Shown: positions 10,960-23,700 of the stretch, in pieces
Layout of the letters: each line of letters begins with the position of its first letter
Numbering within the stretch: position 1 is the stretch's first letter
NCBI GenBank assembly: GCA_030704615.1
Contig: CM060733.1
Span: 17,112,001-17,176,000, forward strand
Source of the DNA: Takakia lepidozioides
Lineage: Eukaryota > Plantae > Bryophyta
Reading direction: 5' to 3'
Length of the DNA: 64,000 nt
Made by a program: the position numbers and the translations under genes
The notes under the pieces: generated by a model
What the model saw: the letters and a program-made list of their open reading frames with translations, nothing else
Databases searched by the model: none
What the model was told of the DNA's origin: nothing

Positions 10960-13620
10960 AAGCGGGACGGGGCTTCGAAGGACTTGAGAAGTGTGTCCAC
11001 CCAAACCCATCAGGAGGTTCTTGTAAATCTCAGCATCCCCTTCAATCCCAAAGAGATGTCGCGCACTGGCCTTGCAAGCGTGGTAGAAGCACCTGCAGTG
11101 GAAGAATGAAGAAGCAGACATTGAAGACACATTGGAACGGTGGGGAAAGTACTGAAAGTGCAAGCTCAATCAAACCTCATGAAATGTGAATGTTGAAGAG
11201 ACGAACCTGTGCCCATTGACAAATCCAGAACTCTGGCGTCTGTGTAGGTGCAGCACTCCACAATCGTTGAATGAAAGCGGGCTCCTCTCCCTCGCCCCTC
11301 TCCAAGGAACCCCATTCCCCCTTCGCAAGCAGACGTTGCTGTCGACGTAGTTGTGGTGCATGTCATCCGTGGGAGGATCTGTCCTGTCGTCTATGAACTT
11401 GCCCCATGAGTGATGGCAAACTCCGCAATGCCCGGCCGGAGTCGTTGGTGGATGCACTCGGACGAGACAAACAGCTTCAAACAAACGAGTCTGCGAACAG
11501 CACATCCACAAGGAACTAAGAAGCTTCAAAAATCAGGCCCCTACATATGAGTTCGAGCGACCTACACAACTCCATCCGAGAACCACCAAGAAGAGGAAGA
11601 AGAAGGCAAATTACCATCTCTCCCGGACGATCCCCCTTCGTAAGGTACATGCTGTTCACACAATTCCATGTCTTCAGGACTCTCATGCCCGAGGCTTTCA
11701 AATAGCTGGCAAGTGCACGGCGACAGCGAACGTCGGCGGACTGTATGAGCACCAAAACACCTGCATCGGACAAGAAAAATTGCAAAAGGAGAAAACCCAC
11801 CGCCAGTAGCGCTCATCAAAAGCATTCCAACCCGGACAAGCACCCGATGGAGGGACATCCGGGACTGCCAACCCATCAGGGATGTCCAAGATTATGAGTT
11901 CGGCTGCATATTGCTTTCTCTTCCCGTTCACCCAGATTTGGTCATTTTAGCCTGCAAACAAAATTACAATGGAATACTCAAGAGGATTGAAACGATCCAT
12001 GCCTGTGGCAGAGAAGAAGCAAAAGAGAACACGCACCGTGCCGAGGAACTCCACAATCCTCTCCACACTGTGATGGCTCGCCCTTGTAATCAGATTTCTT
12101 GGACTCCATCATGGCAAGGAATCCGACGTTGGCCATCTCCAACCTGGTAGGGCGAATGACCCTCGGGGATGTTCCACTGCATGGTACGGGTCCTTGGGAT
12201 CAACCACCCCCTTGTTCTTTCTCACGGATCCCCTACCATGCGGTGGAGTCTGCTGGACATGCACCACTGGGCCAATATCTGCAACACTTCCCTGCCCTTG
12301 TGCCACCTTCCCTCTACCCCTTCCTTTCCCCACAACACCAGCAACATCTTTTCCCTTTGCCTTTCTACCTCTACCCGGGGTATCCTGAGCGGGAGGCTCC
12401 TTCTCTGCAAGAGTCCTCAAATTTCGTTCATGAATGTCGAGGTCGGCTGCTGCGGCAGTGGCTGCAATTCGCTCATTCTCTCTCTCCTCAAAGACACCTC
12501 CGGAGCTGGGGTCTCAGAAGGAGGGGCAATCCAAATACCAACCACAAAAAGAAAGATGGTCTGGGCCCCAGTCATGCAAGATCCCAGTAGTAAACATGGT
12601 CTGGTTGCCAGCAGGGACAAGCCAAAGGTCCACGAAATCTGGATGTTTGTCTAAGCAATTCTCTTCCATGAGAACAAACTTTATGTACCTGCAGGAACAG
12701 AGACAGCCTCATTATGCAATGCAATTATTGTCTCTCAGCTTTTCCATCACACCAGGAAGACCCCTTAAACTGTATGCAGTACATTGCAACCACAGCACAC
12801 TAAGTAGCCTGAACGGCCCAGGGTGTGCACCTGTAAAGGCATCGTTTCCAGGCTTCCTCTCATTTTTCTTGCTGGTCAAGGTCATGTGTTCGACTGATGC
12901 CACCCTCCTTGCTGAACTCTCTAAGGAAACAAGAGTGCCACACTGTGGCTCTCCATTTCCTCATGTATGCTTCGAAGGAGACCTTCGGTGCTGTCATAGT
13001 GATGCCATAGTCAGCCAGCTAAGTATGCAGAACCGACCGTGCCATTTCTTCCAACTGCAAAACAATTCAAATGCAAGAATGAACCCAAAAACAATCACAG
13101 CGAATGTGAGAGGCAATGGAAAGAGAAGGACAGGAAAAGAGAAAAGAAAGTGACACAGGAAAGGACATTACACCTGGCTCCAGTAAGTGGCCTTGTGAAG
13201 CCATGTGTCCAGCACATTGTCACTCACAGGAATGACACGCTGGGTCTTCTTCTCTTTCTCCGGCCTGGGGAACATGTGGGTATCCCTAACTGTGGGATCG
13301 GAGTTCCATATTTGTAGCCACTTCACCTTCTGTTCTGAAGACACAACGGCGGTAGACAACCTGTGCAACTTCTCCTGGGCCATCTTTGGCTTGCCTGGCT
13401 TGTTATAATGGTTTTTTATCTCCAGGAGAAACTGCGATCCGAATGATGGGTCGGCAATTCTCAACTGCTTCACAAAAACACTCATTATAGTCCTTCTTGT
13501 AGCGGTCATCTCTTTCTGGATATGACCCTCAACCCCCTTTGCTGTCCTTCTCTCCTCAGGGGTTGACCTGTAGTATTCCAGTTTGCCATGCTCCCCTGCA
13601 TCTGCAATGTCTTGCTGCAA
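10960..13620 (-). pseudogene. Central and C-terminal part of element D ParB-MTase gene (multi-exon, frameshifted)
   Basis: QDIADAGEHGKLEYYRSTPEE..WLHKATYWSQ matches the B exon at 22500. Also AAELIILDIPDG (motif IV), WRGARERSP (motif X), RVLDLSMGTG|intron|..YHACKASARHLFGIEGD (motifs I-II). Confidence 0.85.
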
Positions 13621-13639
13621 GGGAATGCACGAGAGTTGA

Positions 13640-14660
13640 GGTCAACACCCTGACCTCCACGTCCTTGGCCATGTTAAGCTTGCCCTTGGCCTGCACCTCG
13701 TGCCTGGCCACCTCATCCTCTCTGGGCTGCTCTACCTCGCCCCCGGCCACCATTGTTCCCTTGGAACTGGCCTGGGCGCAACTCAGGATGCAAACCATAA
13801 CACTGGGCCTCTCCATGCCCGTGCTTGCCACAATGCCCACACTGCAACTGTGCAGGCTGTGCATGTGCCGGCCCTTTGCCTCCCTTTGGGCAATCTTTCT
13901 TGACATGGGGTCCTCCACATGTCCAGCACACCACATCCGCCCGTTGTTGGCCAACAAATGAAGGGAGAGACCCCTGCATCTGAGGTCCTCTCTGCCCTTC
14001 CCTGAGCTTCACCTGAGCCCCCTTGTTGCCTTGAGCACGTTGAGGTAGTGGTTGGCTAGGAGCACCACTACCCCGTGGTGTCTCCTTAGCAAATCCCACC
14101 ATGACCACATGTTGAGCTCTATCCGCTCTGCCAGCAAAAACACATTTGCTAAGGTGGGTTGGGCCGCTTGTAGGAGAGTTGCATCCCGCACCCTTCTCCT
14201 CAGCTCCTTGTCCAATATCCCATACCAGAATTGGACTGCCTGAGCTTCCGTAACCCCTTGGGTTACATTTATCAAGCGCCTCATGCGAGTGAAAGCCTCC
14301 CTCAAGCTCTCGGTCGGCTTCCGTTGAAACTCTTGCAAGCTCCGCAACTTCTCTGTCATCACCCCTTGGTAGTTCCCTCTCAACTCTTCGAAGAACTCCA
14401 CAACAGGGTTGAAGGCAGACACATGTACTAGTGCTTGCGGTAGTGGCTTGGGTGGACGTCGTAGCTACTGTACCACCAGTCCCACTAGTCCCATTGCTGC
14501 TTGATGAAGTTGCCGGTGCAGCGGCAGGTGTAGCCACTGCCCTCGTGGCTCTAGTGCCTCTAGTGATAATGGAGACATAGTCGGGTGACCAGTACATCCT
14601 CCACTCCTCGATCTCAACCTCTTGCATGCCCGCCTGAACTCATGGTAATCATCCATAGCT
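13640..14660 (-). pseudogene. Gypsy gag (capsid + two CCHC zinc knuckles), truncated
   Basis: EKLRSLQEFQRKPTESLREAFTRMRRL capsid motif; CWTCGGPHVKKDC and CGHCGKHGHGEAQC knuckles; frameshifts; no pol follows. Confidence 0.85.
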
Positions 14661-14746
14661 TCTACCCCGCCCCAAAAGGGGGCTTTAGCAACGCGGGGGC
14701 GTCGCAGTGGTGTCGCTAAACACCCCCCCCCCTTTTTCCTGTAGTG
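14661..14746 (-). mobile_element. Isolated CACTA (En/Spm) terminus fragment interrupting gag
   Basis: Reverse complement begins CACTACAGGAAAAA, with TTTAGCGAC / GTTGCTAAA subterminal inverted motifs typical of plant CACTA ends. Confidence 0.65.
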
Positions 14747-15554
14747 GTTGATTGTAGCAATGATGCGTGTAAAAAGAAGTGGAAGTAAAGCTATGACAAC
14801 TACGACTGATTGCGCTCCCAAAAAGAGCGAATATCTTCAATCATCATCATCATGGTAGTGCTACAGATCATGTAAACCTTAAGGGTGGAAATGAGGAAGA
14901 AAAATCAGATAATTTGGGTGTGCGTGAAATTGATGCACCATAACCAAAAATTGATACAACTCAACCATTGTCTGCAACTTCTCAAACCTATATTGGGCGA
15001 AAAGGAAAAAAATAAAATAAAAATAGAAACAATTAAAGAGCATATTTATTATCAACCAATGTCACTCCTTGACAACATCAATAAAACGAAGATTGCAAAC
15101 CTTGTTAGTATTACTACAACAAATGTTGAGTAAAACCACAAGTTGACATGGTTGTATCACAAGTGATGTGTTTTGACACGTCTACGTGATTGGGCCATTG
15201 ATTTTCCACCCCTGCGCGTTGTGACAATTTTTTTGAATTTTATGCCCCATTAGTACTATTATTCCAAGCCTACAGCTTCGGACCCCAGGCTGTTCTAAGC
15301 TGATGATGACTAATCAATAAGTGCTAGCGAAGAAGATGGTCATGAGCCTAATTAATTATTAACAACATCTTGGCAGTTCATTAGCTTCATTGGCACAAGT
15401 GTGCACCTCATTCACTCGACCACCTCTATTGCACAATGCAACTAGAAGATACAAGTTTTCCACACTAGTTAGGAGGCCAGAAATTGTGCCAGTAGGCAAC
15501 GATGAAGACATATATGAGTTGTTAGTAGGTGTATTTGTCATTCTCACAAAGCAG

Positions 15555-15742
15555 CCCCTTCCATGCCGTGAAAGGCGTAAATAGTTGTGGATTGCGCATT
15601 TGCTGCAAATCACACCAACTATCAAACTCTTGGATAAAATCATCCAACTCGATGGTGCCCACCGAGTGCCTACTCACCTTCGTGGTCCCTTGGTAGCTCC
15701 ATACATCTCCTCCATTGTGTCCCACAACAATGGCAAGGAAAC
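15555..15742 (-). pseudogene. N-terminal part of Gypsy gag
   Basis: MEEMYGATKGPRR..GTIELDDFIQEFDSWCDLQQMRNPQLFTPFTAWKGL. Joins 4643 upstream and, across a ~0.9-kb insertion, 14660 downstream. Confidence 0.65.
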
Positions 15743-16419
15743 AACGGCGCCGAATTTCCAGTTCCGGGCCAGCCACCCTAGGGACTTAGCCCGAAAATGG
15801 CCAACGACGCAATGGCGTGAGCGTTGCACGTGAGCGCGCGAGCGTACGCTCACGCCAGCTGACGTGGCGTGAGCCTGCACACATGCTGACGTGGCGTGAG
15901 CGTCATGTCAGCATGCTGATGTGGCGGTAAATGATGACGTGGCACTGTCCGTCAACTGCCACGTCAGCATTAACATGCGCCGCCTATAACCGTGGATGGT
16001 CCTATGACCGTGGAATTAATGCAGGGAATCTTGCCTAAATAGAATCAAGACGAGCGTTGAGGCCTACAATTGCAGCATCCAATTGTGCAATTACAAATGT
16101 TTGTTTCACTTTTACAATTACGAAGACGACAAAATATCCTCACAAAGTGTGCGCCATAAAGGCTGCCACGAGAAGACTTCCTCCCTCCTCAAATAACAAT
16201 GAGAGTTATGATCATCTTCAAAAGATGATTGTAGTGCATAGCGACAGCAAGACATGTAGACTTCGAACGGTGCAATGACAAATGTGCACTACCTAAAAGT
16301 TGTCACTCAGACCTCACTCCGTATAGTTGGAGGCCATATCATTGCACAGCCGACGAATTGATGTGAATTACACACATTTCAAATCATGGTCATCCACATA
16401 CCACATTACATAGTTCATG

Positions 16420-19400
16420 CTACCCATGTGTTGTATCCCGCTGCAAAAGAGTATCGACCTCGTTGAAACTCATAGTGGCCTGGTGAATGAAGTTGTCACG
16501 TTTGGGATCGCAAACCATCCTCCTCAAAAATATGAAATACAAATGTTTGCAGGGTATGAATTTACCTCTCTTGCCCAAACTGGTTGATAGCATATTCACA
16601 AAATCAGGACATGTGCAATTGGGGAAATTGGAAACCGTGATGTCGTAGGTCCTGTCATGAACAGCAGATGTGGAAGTGATGATTGTGAACCCGACCATAT
16701 CCTGGATCGGGTACTTCCGGTGCTTCCACACGAGCTTGGAGCATTCTTGCGGACTCCACTTTGCCAAAGTGTTCAGCGGTTGGAGGGAAACGCCGAACGA
16801 GCTTTCCATCTCGTTTGGTTGGCCACAAGTCAGGATTTGCCGGGGGACCCGGGAGGACGCAGAAGTAGTAGCACATGCATGGAGTTGGGGTTGTCTCGCA
16901 AGGGAAAAACCTGCCTCCTCCAGCATTTCAATCTCCTGAAAGCTGAGATGTGTTCCCACCTTCACGGGCCAAACGGTTGGAGGAGATGGCTTCATCACTA
17001 CGGAAGGACGCACAGTTCCATGCACACATCTGGCACAATCATCTGCGCAGAACCAGAACTTGTGGTTCTTGGCTTCTGGTTGACCGTATGGACGCATCAA
17101 GCCCGTGAAAGTCGGAGCAGGAGTTCGGGCACCACCTCTGGATATAGATGAAGTGCACTTCTCGAAATTAGTTGCCCTGATCGCTGTACATTTCACACGA
17201 GACCCGACACTTGTGCGTTCTATGTGCCAAACGTGGTCGGGGCATGCGGACTCAAGCACATCAAGGGGTTGTTTCTCTCCTGCACCATTTCAGTGGCACG
17301 GTTTGATGCTGGAGCTTGCCGTCGTGTTGGAGGTTCCTCCACAATGGAGGTTCCGGACATGGAGCTGTCATGCAGGGGAACACGAGGCTTCGAGAAGTTA
17401 TCACGGTCTGCCCTGTGGGAATCTGAATCCGAACCAGGTGGAGTGTTCAATTTCCTCTTACAGGAGCCGAATCTCTCCTCCCCTTCAAGATGTGGAACTC
17501 TAGAAACAAGTGGCGTTCCCTGGGCATACATGCTCACCGCCCGTGCTATCTTGATTGGATCCCCAGATCTGTTTGCAGCACGCAACATCAACTCCCATTT
17601 TGTCCGGACCCTTGCCACCAACCCCACCTCGTAAGAAATCACGGTATCGGGTTTGTTGTTGCAAGGCACGTATCAAATCATCTGTTGTTGCCACATACAA
17701 ATCCCGACCTCGTTTCCCAGACTGCTGCAACCATGCATTGTGCACAGTTTCTGCCAAATTGCAAGATGGCATGTCCGCCATTTCCTCAATGGACATGTTC
17801 TGCAAAGAGGATAACCACACTTCAGAATAGTGCACAGGAAACAACATAAAGAAAGCAAGGATGGAAAGCAAATGTATGAATAAAGCATGAAATAGAAGCC
17901 TCGTACCATTGTCATGGCTGCTCCCACTGTCTATACCGGAAGTGCCAAAACGCCAGCCAATCTTCCAATGCTCTCATACTCTCAAGTGATGCAGCTCCAG
18001 AAGAGAACCACCAGGCACGAATTGTCTGGAACAAAGTGTCCGCCTCCTTCATTGTTCTAGCATCTTTGTACTCTTTGCACAAATTTACGGTGCTGAGTCT
18101 GCATCTCTGGTTTGATGTCCGACTTTGTATGTTTTTCCAGAGATTGTGTCCAATGGAATAGACATGTACGCTCTCTTCCTGGCATAGGCACTTTTGGGTC
18201 GCCCGATCCGAAGACAATACGAATAGCATTTGAAATTTGCTTGAGCACTATCCGCCATGAAACCTGCGAAATTTGGAGATGGCCCATGGCAGCCCATGAC
18301 ACGTATCAGGGAATTCCACATGAGCTTCTGGGATTCCGTATCCTCGGATTGCATGTCACAAACTGCAATTGTCATAACTCGTTGGTACACTGGATCGTAG
18401 ACATGACAAGCCATTGTCGTCCAATCCTTCACTCGTTTCACATGATCAAACATAAGAAAACAGTTCTGCAAGTCCCCAGTCTTCTGCATCCGCTTCACGA
18501 GGCTAACCCCACTGCCCTCCCCAACAGTCGACATTTTGAAAAGAAAAACTTTGATGGCACCTTGACCTGGGAATACATTGTCCTGGATGTAATCGTACTT
18601 GCTCTCAGTCGTTTCAATTCCAAAATATTGTCTATGTAGCCTCTGATCCCAGAGCCCATTCTCAATGCATTGATCTGATGCCGAATGTTAGGTGAACTTA
18701 AAGTGGAGAAATGATCCATGACCAGGTCCAATGCTGCACCCGTCAAGTTTAGTCCCCACAGAATCTCCTTCACTCAAAATATGGCTTTCCAAGAAGGACT
18801 TGCTTGCGCCAAGAGCAATTGCAGATGTTGTTGCGGATGGGTTTCTCCCGAACTCCCTGTTTGATCAACCTCGATACTGTCTCAACACTCTCCCTGTAAT
18901 CCCCCTTCGAGACAGGATGGTTATGGAATCCAAAATGCACACAAGCTCTCGTCATTGTATTCAAACGGTGGACAACATAGTACATTCTTGCTCCGCAGAG
19001 CGCCAAGCAGGATGGCACAAGTTTGCAGAATTTGCAGACGAAAGTGTTTGCCGGTGGAGGGGCAGTCCCAGGCTGAAATGGATTTTCGCCAGACCCTCCC
19101 ATTCGCTTTGATTATGAACCCAGACTGAAGAAAGTGTCTGCAATTCAAATTATCACACCTAAGGTGTCCATTGCAAACTGTCCTCCTGAAAACAAGCTTG
19201 TCATCATTCTGAATATTGGATGTTTTTGTTCTGCACCACGGGTGCCCGTCGTGTTTCTTTCTTGTCCATTCATGCATCATGATTGTTACACCTCCAACTC
19301 GCGGAGGAGGAGGCAGCTCGAATAGGATATCGCCATCAAAAGTCTCCGGCAAGAACTTCACAGGCACCTGCTTCAAAGATTCCCAATCAATTCCCCGCAA

Positions 19401-19924
19401 CTCACTTTTTGAATCCAGCCATTCCTCCCATCGCCCGCAATTTTGGAATGACACTACAAATCTCTTCTTCATCAGCTTCTGCAACCACAGTAGGAAGGAC
19501 TGGATTTGGAATTTCACTTATGTCATCATCGAAGAATCCGAAAGCTCAACGATTGGAGTGGAGGAAGTCTGTTCTTTTTTCACACCACCACCTCCTCTTT
19601 GTCTTCAACGACCGAAGCAGCAGTCCCGGGCGTCACATATGACCCAAGGGACTTTCGCCGAGGCTCTCCAAGTACTCTGTATCGACCAGGACGCACTCTC
19701 CACTGGCTGATATGAGCCGTCTCATCACGGTTTTGGAAAGAATATTTCACCAACTTCCCTTTCAGATCGTAAACCTCTTTCTCCAAAAAGATGGAGCCAT
19801 TCTGCAGCTGAAAACGGGTAGCCAAGACATGTTCCAGAACAATTGCAAATCCATTGTCAAGGACTTCCTGGGAGAACGGCACTGGTTTGTCGTCTGAGAA
19901 GAACTCCGCTTCAGAGGAAGCCAT
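16420..19924 (-). pseudogene. Element B transposase: GCM-like Zn domain + MULE DDE domain + C-terminal SWIM finger (frameshifted, one intron ~17800-17906)
   Basis: HDGHPWCRTKTSN..RRTVCNGHLRC (GCM); LMFDHVKR (D), GFMADSAQA (D), RTCLFHW (CxxH), CNLAETVHNAW (E); CTCPDF..PCKHLYFI (SWIM). Confidence 0.9.
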
Positions 19925-20769
19925 CTTCCTTCCTCGAGTATGTTTGTACCTTGCTATCGCAGATCTAGTGTAAATCGGTTTACTGCTGTCTCCAGAACAC
20001 AGTTGAAGAATGAGCAGAGCATATGGCGGAGGAAGCTCAGATAACGACTGTGCATATTCTGTTATTCATTCCAGATATGCAGCCGTCCATTTTAATTACT
20101 TTTCTTGTGGGCCCAGTGGTCAGAGAATCCCTAGGGGCAGTGTCGGCAACTGTTAAACCGTTAATCAGAACCTCATCAATAAACCCAATAACAAAGCCGA
20201 CTTCCTGGAAGCATGCCACAGGATCTGAGAATGGATTGCAGATTAAGTAAATGTATCTATATACTACTACCAATGATCATGCGCACCTGGAAAGTTCCAA
20301 ATGTGAACGAATGTGGGGTTTGGATAACAAGGATGACCGTGTATGATATTCCAAAATTTGTCATCAAACTCTCGTTCATTTATTTTATTTGTTAAGACTG
20401 CGCATCATTTCTGGGATTCGCTGTTCTTTTTAAATATTGAACCGTTATAATAAGAACACGCCGTTTTTTTTTGGGCGGCACACGTCAGACATCCATAACT
20501 GAATACGAACAGCTGTACACCAATTGCTGGCATGTGCACTAATAAGAAACGACTATGTGTAACGGTCACGCGGAGGGAATCCGATGCTTCTAGAGACACG
20601 CAAGAACACAGGCAATCCCGCAAGAAATCGGGAGTCACTGCGTTTTTCTACTTTTCGCGCTTAGAGGGAGAGTGGTAGTCAAGCTGGAGAGGGTTCCTTC
20701 TAGAATACGAAAGAGAAGAAAGTCTCTTTATTTTACTTCCCTTAGAGAGAGACGCAGAGCAAGAGAGAA

Positions 20770-23700
20770 AATGACGAGGCGTCGTTTGTTGGAGAACACA
20801 GGGCCAAGGCAGCAGGTGAACGCGGAGACTGATTCACAAGCAGACGGAGACTGAGGCAGCGGCTGTGACACAGCCGGCGATAAGAGTGCGCCAGCCTGTG
20901 GAGGCAGAGATGAATCGCAGGGACACTGAAGAAGGTGGAAGCACGCGGAACGCCGAACCTGAAGAAGGTCAAGAAACCCTTGCGCAGACAGAAACTCCAG
21001 CAGATGTGAGAGGAAGAGGAAAGCTGCAGAAGGGGATCAAATTCAAAACCTAAGAAGGTGCCAGTAAGTTTTATCATATTGTCTTGTGATTGCCTTTCAA
21101 GGAGTCCTTCCTCTTCCATTCTTTAGCAGGAACTACTGAATCGCGAGCGTCGTTAACGCCATTCGATTCTGCTCATGAGATTTATGTACCTATGTGTTTG
21201 AAGAGAGAGTCTGCACTTACTATCCGCCCTAAACTACACTGAATGTCGTTGCCGCCAATCAGTTGCACATATATGTCATTACACAACACCGATCCGGCAG
21301 GTCGTTATCTTTTGTGATTGTCGTTAACGCCGTTCGCTATCGCTCTCGCTTTTGTTTTGAATACGGCAGCTCGCTTTGCTTGTGTAGATTGTGCTGAATT
21401 CTTTCACACCATTCATGGTGAGTTTTTTGATACAGAGTGATTTCGTTACCGCCATTCACTATTTGCAAATCACTTAGTCAGAACTGAATGGCATCGTGCA
21501 GAAAACTGTGAGGTCGAAGCCTACAGGATCAGAGGGGAAAAGGATCTGGAGATGGGGACGAGTCCGCAAAAAGCTCAGAGAATACAGATGAAGCAGATGA
21601 ATCCGAAGTGCACTACCTTGACAAGGTGAAAGAACTCATGTCATTCCAGAAGGTAAACTCTCAGGAGGTTATAAGGGACATGCTCGTATCTGGAGGGCGT
21701 CTGGACATACCTCTGTGCCGGATGATATCAATGCCTGTTGTGCGTCCACCTCTTTCCCATGACATAACAAAATTGGAGAGTGATTTTGTGCATGGATATA
21801 GACTTGGTGCACAAGTTTTTTATGTGTCACTGACGGATATAAATGGGAAAAGCACATTAGTTTCTCCAGAGATCAGTGATAACTGGGATGAGTGCTGGAA
21901 AGATGCCAATGAGGAGTTCGAGCTGGGCCTCATGATGGGAAAGAACACCCAGCAATTTGCAACCACATGTTCTACGTCTGGGACGGCAACCACCGATTGC
22001 TGGCATGGATGGGATACATTCAGAAACACCATTCGAAAGACAAAGACAAGCATGTTGCTGTGGAGGCAATGGTTTTGGATCCAGGAAACGACATCGCTAG
22101 GCTTCTTACAGCTATGCACGACGTGAACAAGTAAGTCATCCAGGAGATTTGATTCCCTCTGTAGTGTCTTGTTGATCCTCAAAAAACAGTGTAAGGAATG
22201 CAATGTTTCAATGTTTTTGCAGATCGACAGAGAAATCGCATGTGACAACAAGCTTGGTTCACACACTATTCCGAATTCAGAGGATTGGTCTGATGAAGCT
22301 GGATGATTTTCGGACAGTACTACCACCCAATATCATCAAGAAGTGCGAAACAGGAAGAGCTGCAGGCACTTGGTATTCTTTGACACGAGAGGCGTTTCTG
22401 GAGTACATGTATGCGGTAAGCCCGAGTCTGTAATCTGTTTACTTTTCGAATACATGTTTAGAGTCCCTTCGGAGCTAATCACTACTTGAATGAATGCAGC
22501 AAGAACTGGCAGAGGCAGCTGAGAAGGGAAAATCCGAATATTACCGCACTACACCAGAGGAACTAAGGACATCAAAGGGTGTGGAAGCTGCAATAAAGAA
22601 GGAGTTTGAGATGCGAAGAACCAAATTGATGTCAGCCTTCGGAAAGCAGCTTAGAATAGTAGATCCTGGACTTGGTCCTGAGTTCCTTCAGCAGATCAAA
22701 ACACACTATGACAAGCATGTGCATCCGGAGATGCAGCAGGAGAAATTGCACGGCTGGCCATATCGATGGTCGACCCACAAACAAAATAAGGTGGCTGGAG
22801 ATATGGAACTCAGATCAAACAGTAAAGGACTTGAATCAGTTCCCAAAGAGCACCATACAGCCTGGCACAAAGGTGGAAGGAATCAGTGATTTGGTGTTTG
22901 ATAACTGGCTCCACAAGGCTACATTTTGGAGTCAGGTGTGTATTCGAACATGCTGTTTCTTTCTCTTCAAGTATGTGATGTGTTTCTTTTTTGCAATTCT
23001 GACAAATATACTATTTGCAGCTCGAAAAGCGCGCGCCGTCATTGTGCTGGATCAGACTTTGAAGGACCTGAACATTGCGATTGTTTCCCCTCCCCAAATG
23101 TCATTGGAGGCATACATAAGGAAGTGGAGAGGTCTCACCTGGAGATACTGTTTTTTCCGGGAGTTCTCCAAAGATGGTAACATTTTACGGTCCAACGACT
23201 TTGACAGTCAGGTTGGAGGAGTGGGCCATGATGCGAGTTGTGTACAGGTGAAATGTCATACTTGAAACTCTACTGTTTTTTTTGGGAAAAATTGTGGCTT
23301 CATATGGATTGCAATCTTAGATCCAGATTGAATGTCGTTGACGACATTCACTTCTTTGTCTGAGTCATTCTTAAGCGAGTATATGAATTCACCTGGTTAG
23401 GATCTAAGGGTGCAATTATATTGTCCCTGATTAGAATTGATAATGTCCTTGAATGGCGTTGACGACATTCACATACGGAGTTGTGTGGTCCTCAAGGTTA
23501 TTTAAATTTTTGTAATGTCCATAGAGGTTACAATGAGGGTTGATCACTTCATTTTGCTGAATGTCAATGCAGACATTCAGTTGTTCTGCATTGTTTTTTC
23601 CTCTTGCGATGAATATGGAGGCTTGATAAGCTCTGTTTTAAGAAATCCAAAGTGAATGTCGTTGACGACATTCACAGCTGTGTCTGTATTATTAAAAACG

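Noticed and set aside
14661-14746. Partner end of the CACTA at 41431
   Set aside because: The termini differ (CACTACAGG vs CACTAGAAGG) and the 3-bp flanks do not match.
16420-19924. Kyakuja-Dileera-Zisupton or hAT transposase
   Set aside because: D..D..CxxH..E spacing, N-terminal GCM-like domain, C-terminal SWIM and 9-bp TSDs all fit Mutator; hAT and Zisupton make 8-bp TSDs.
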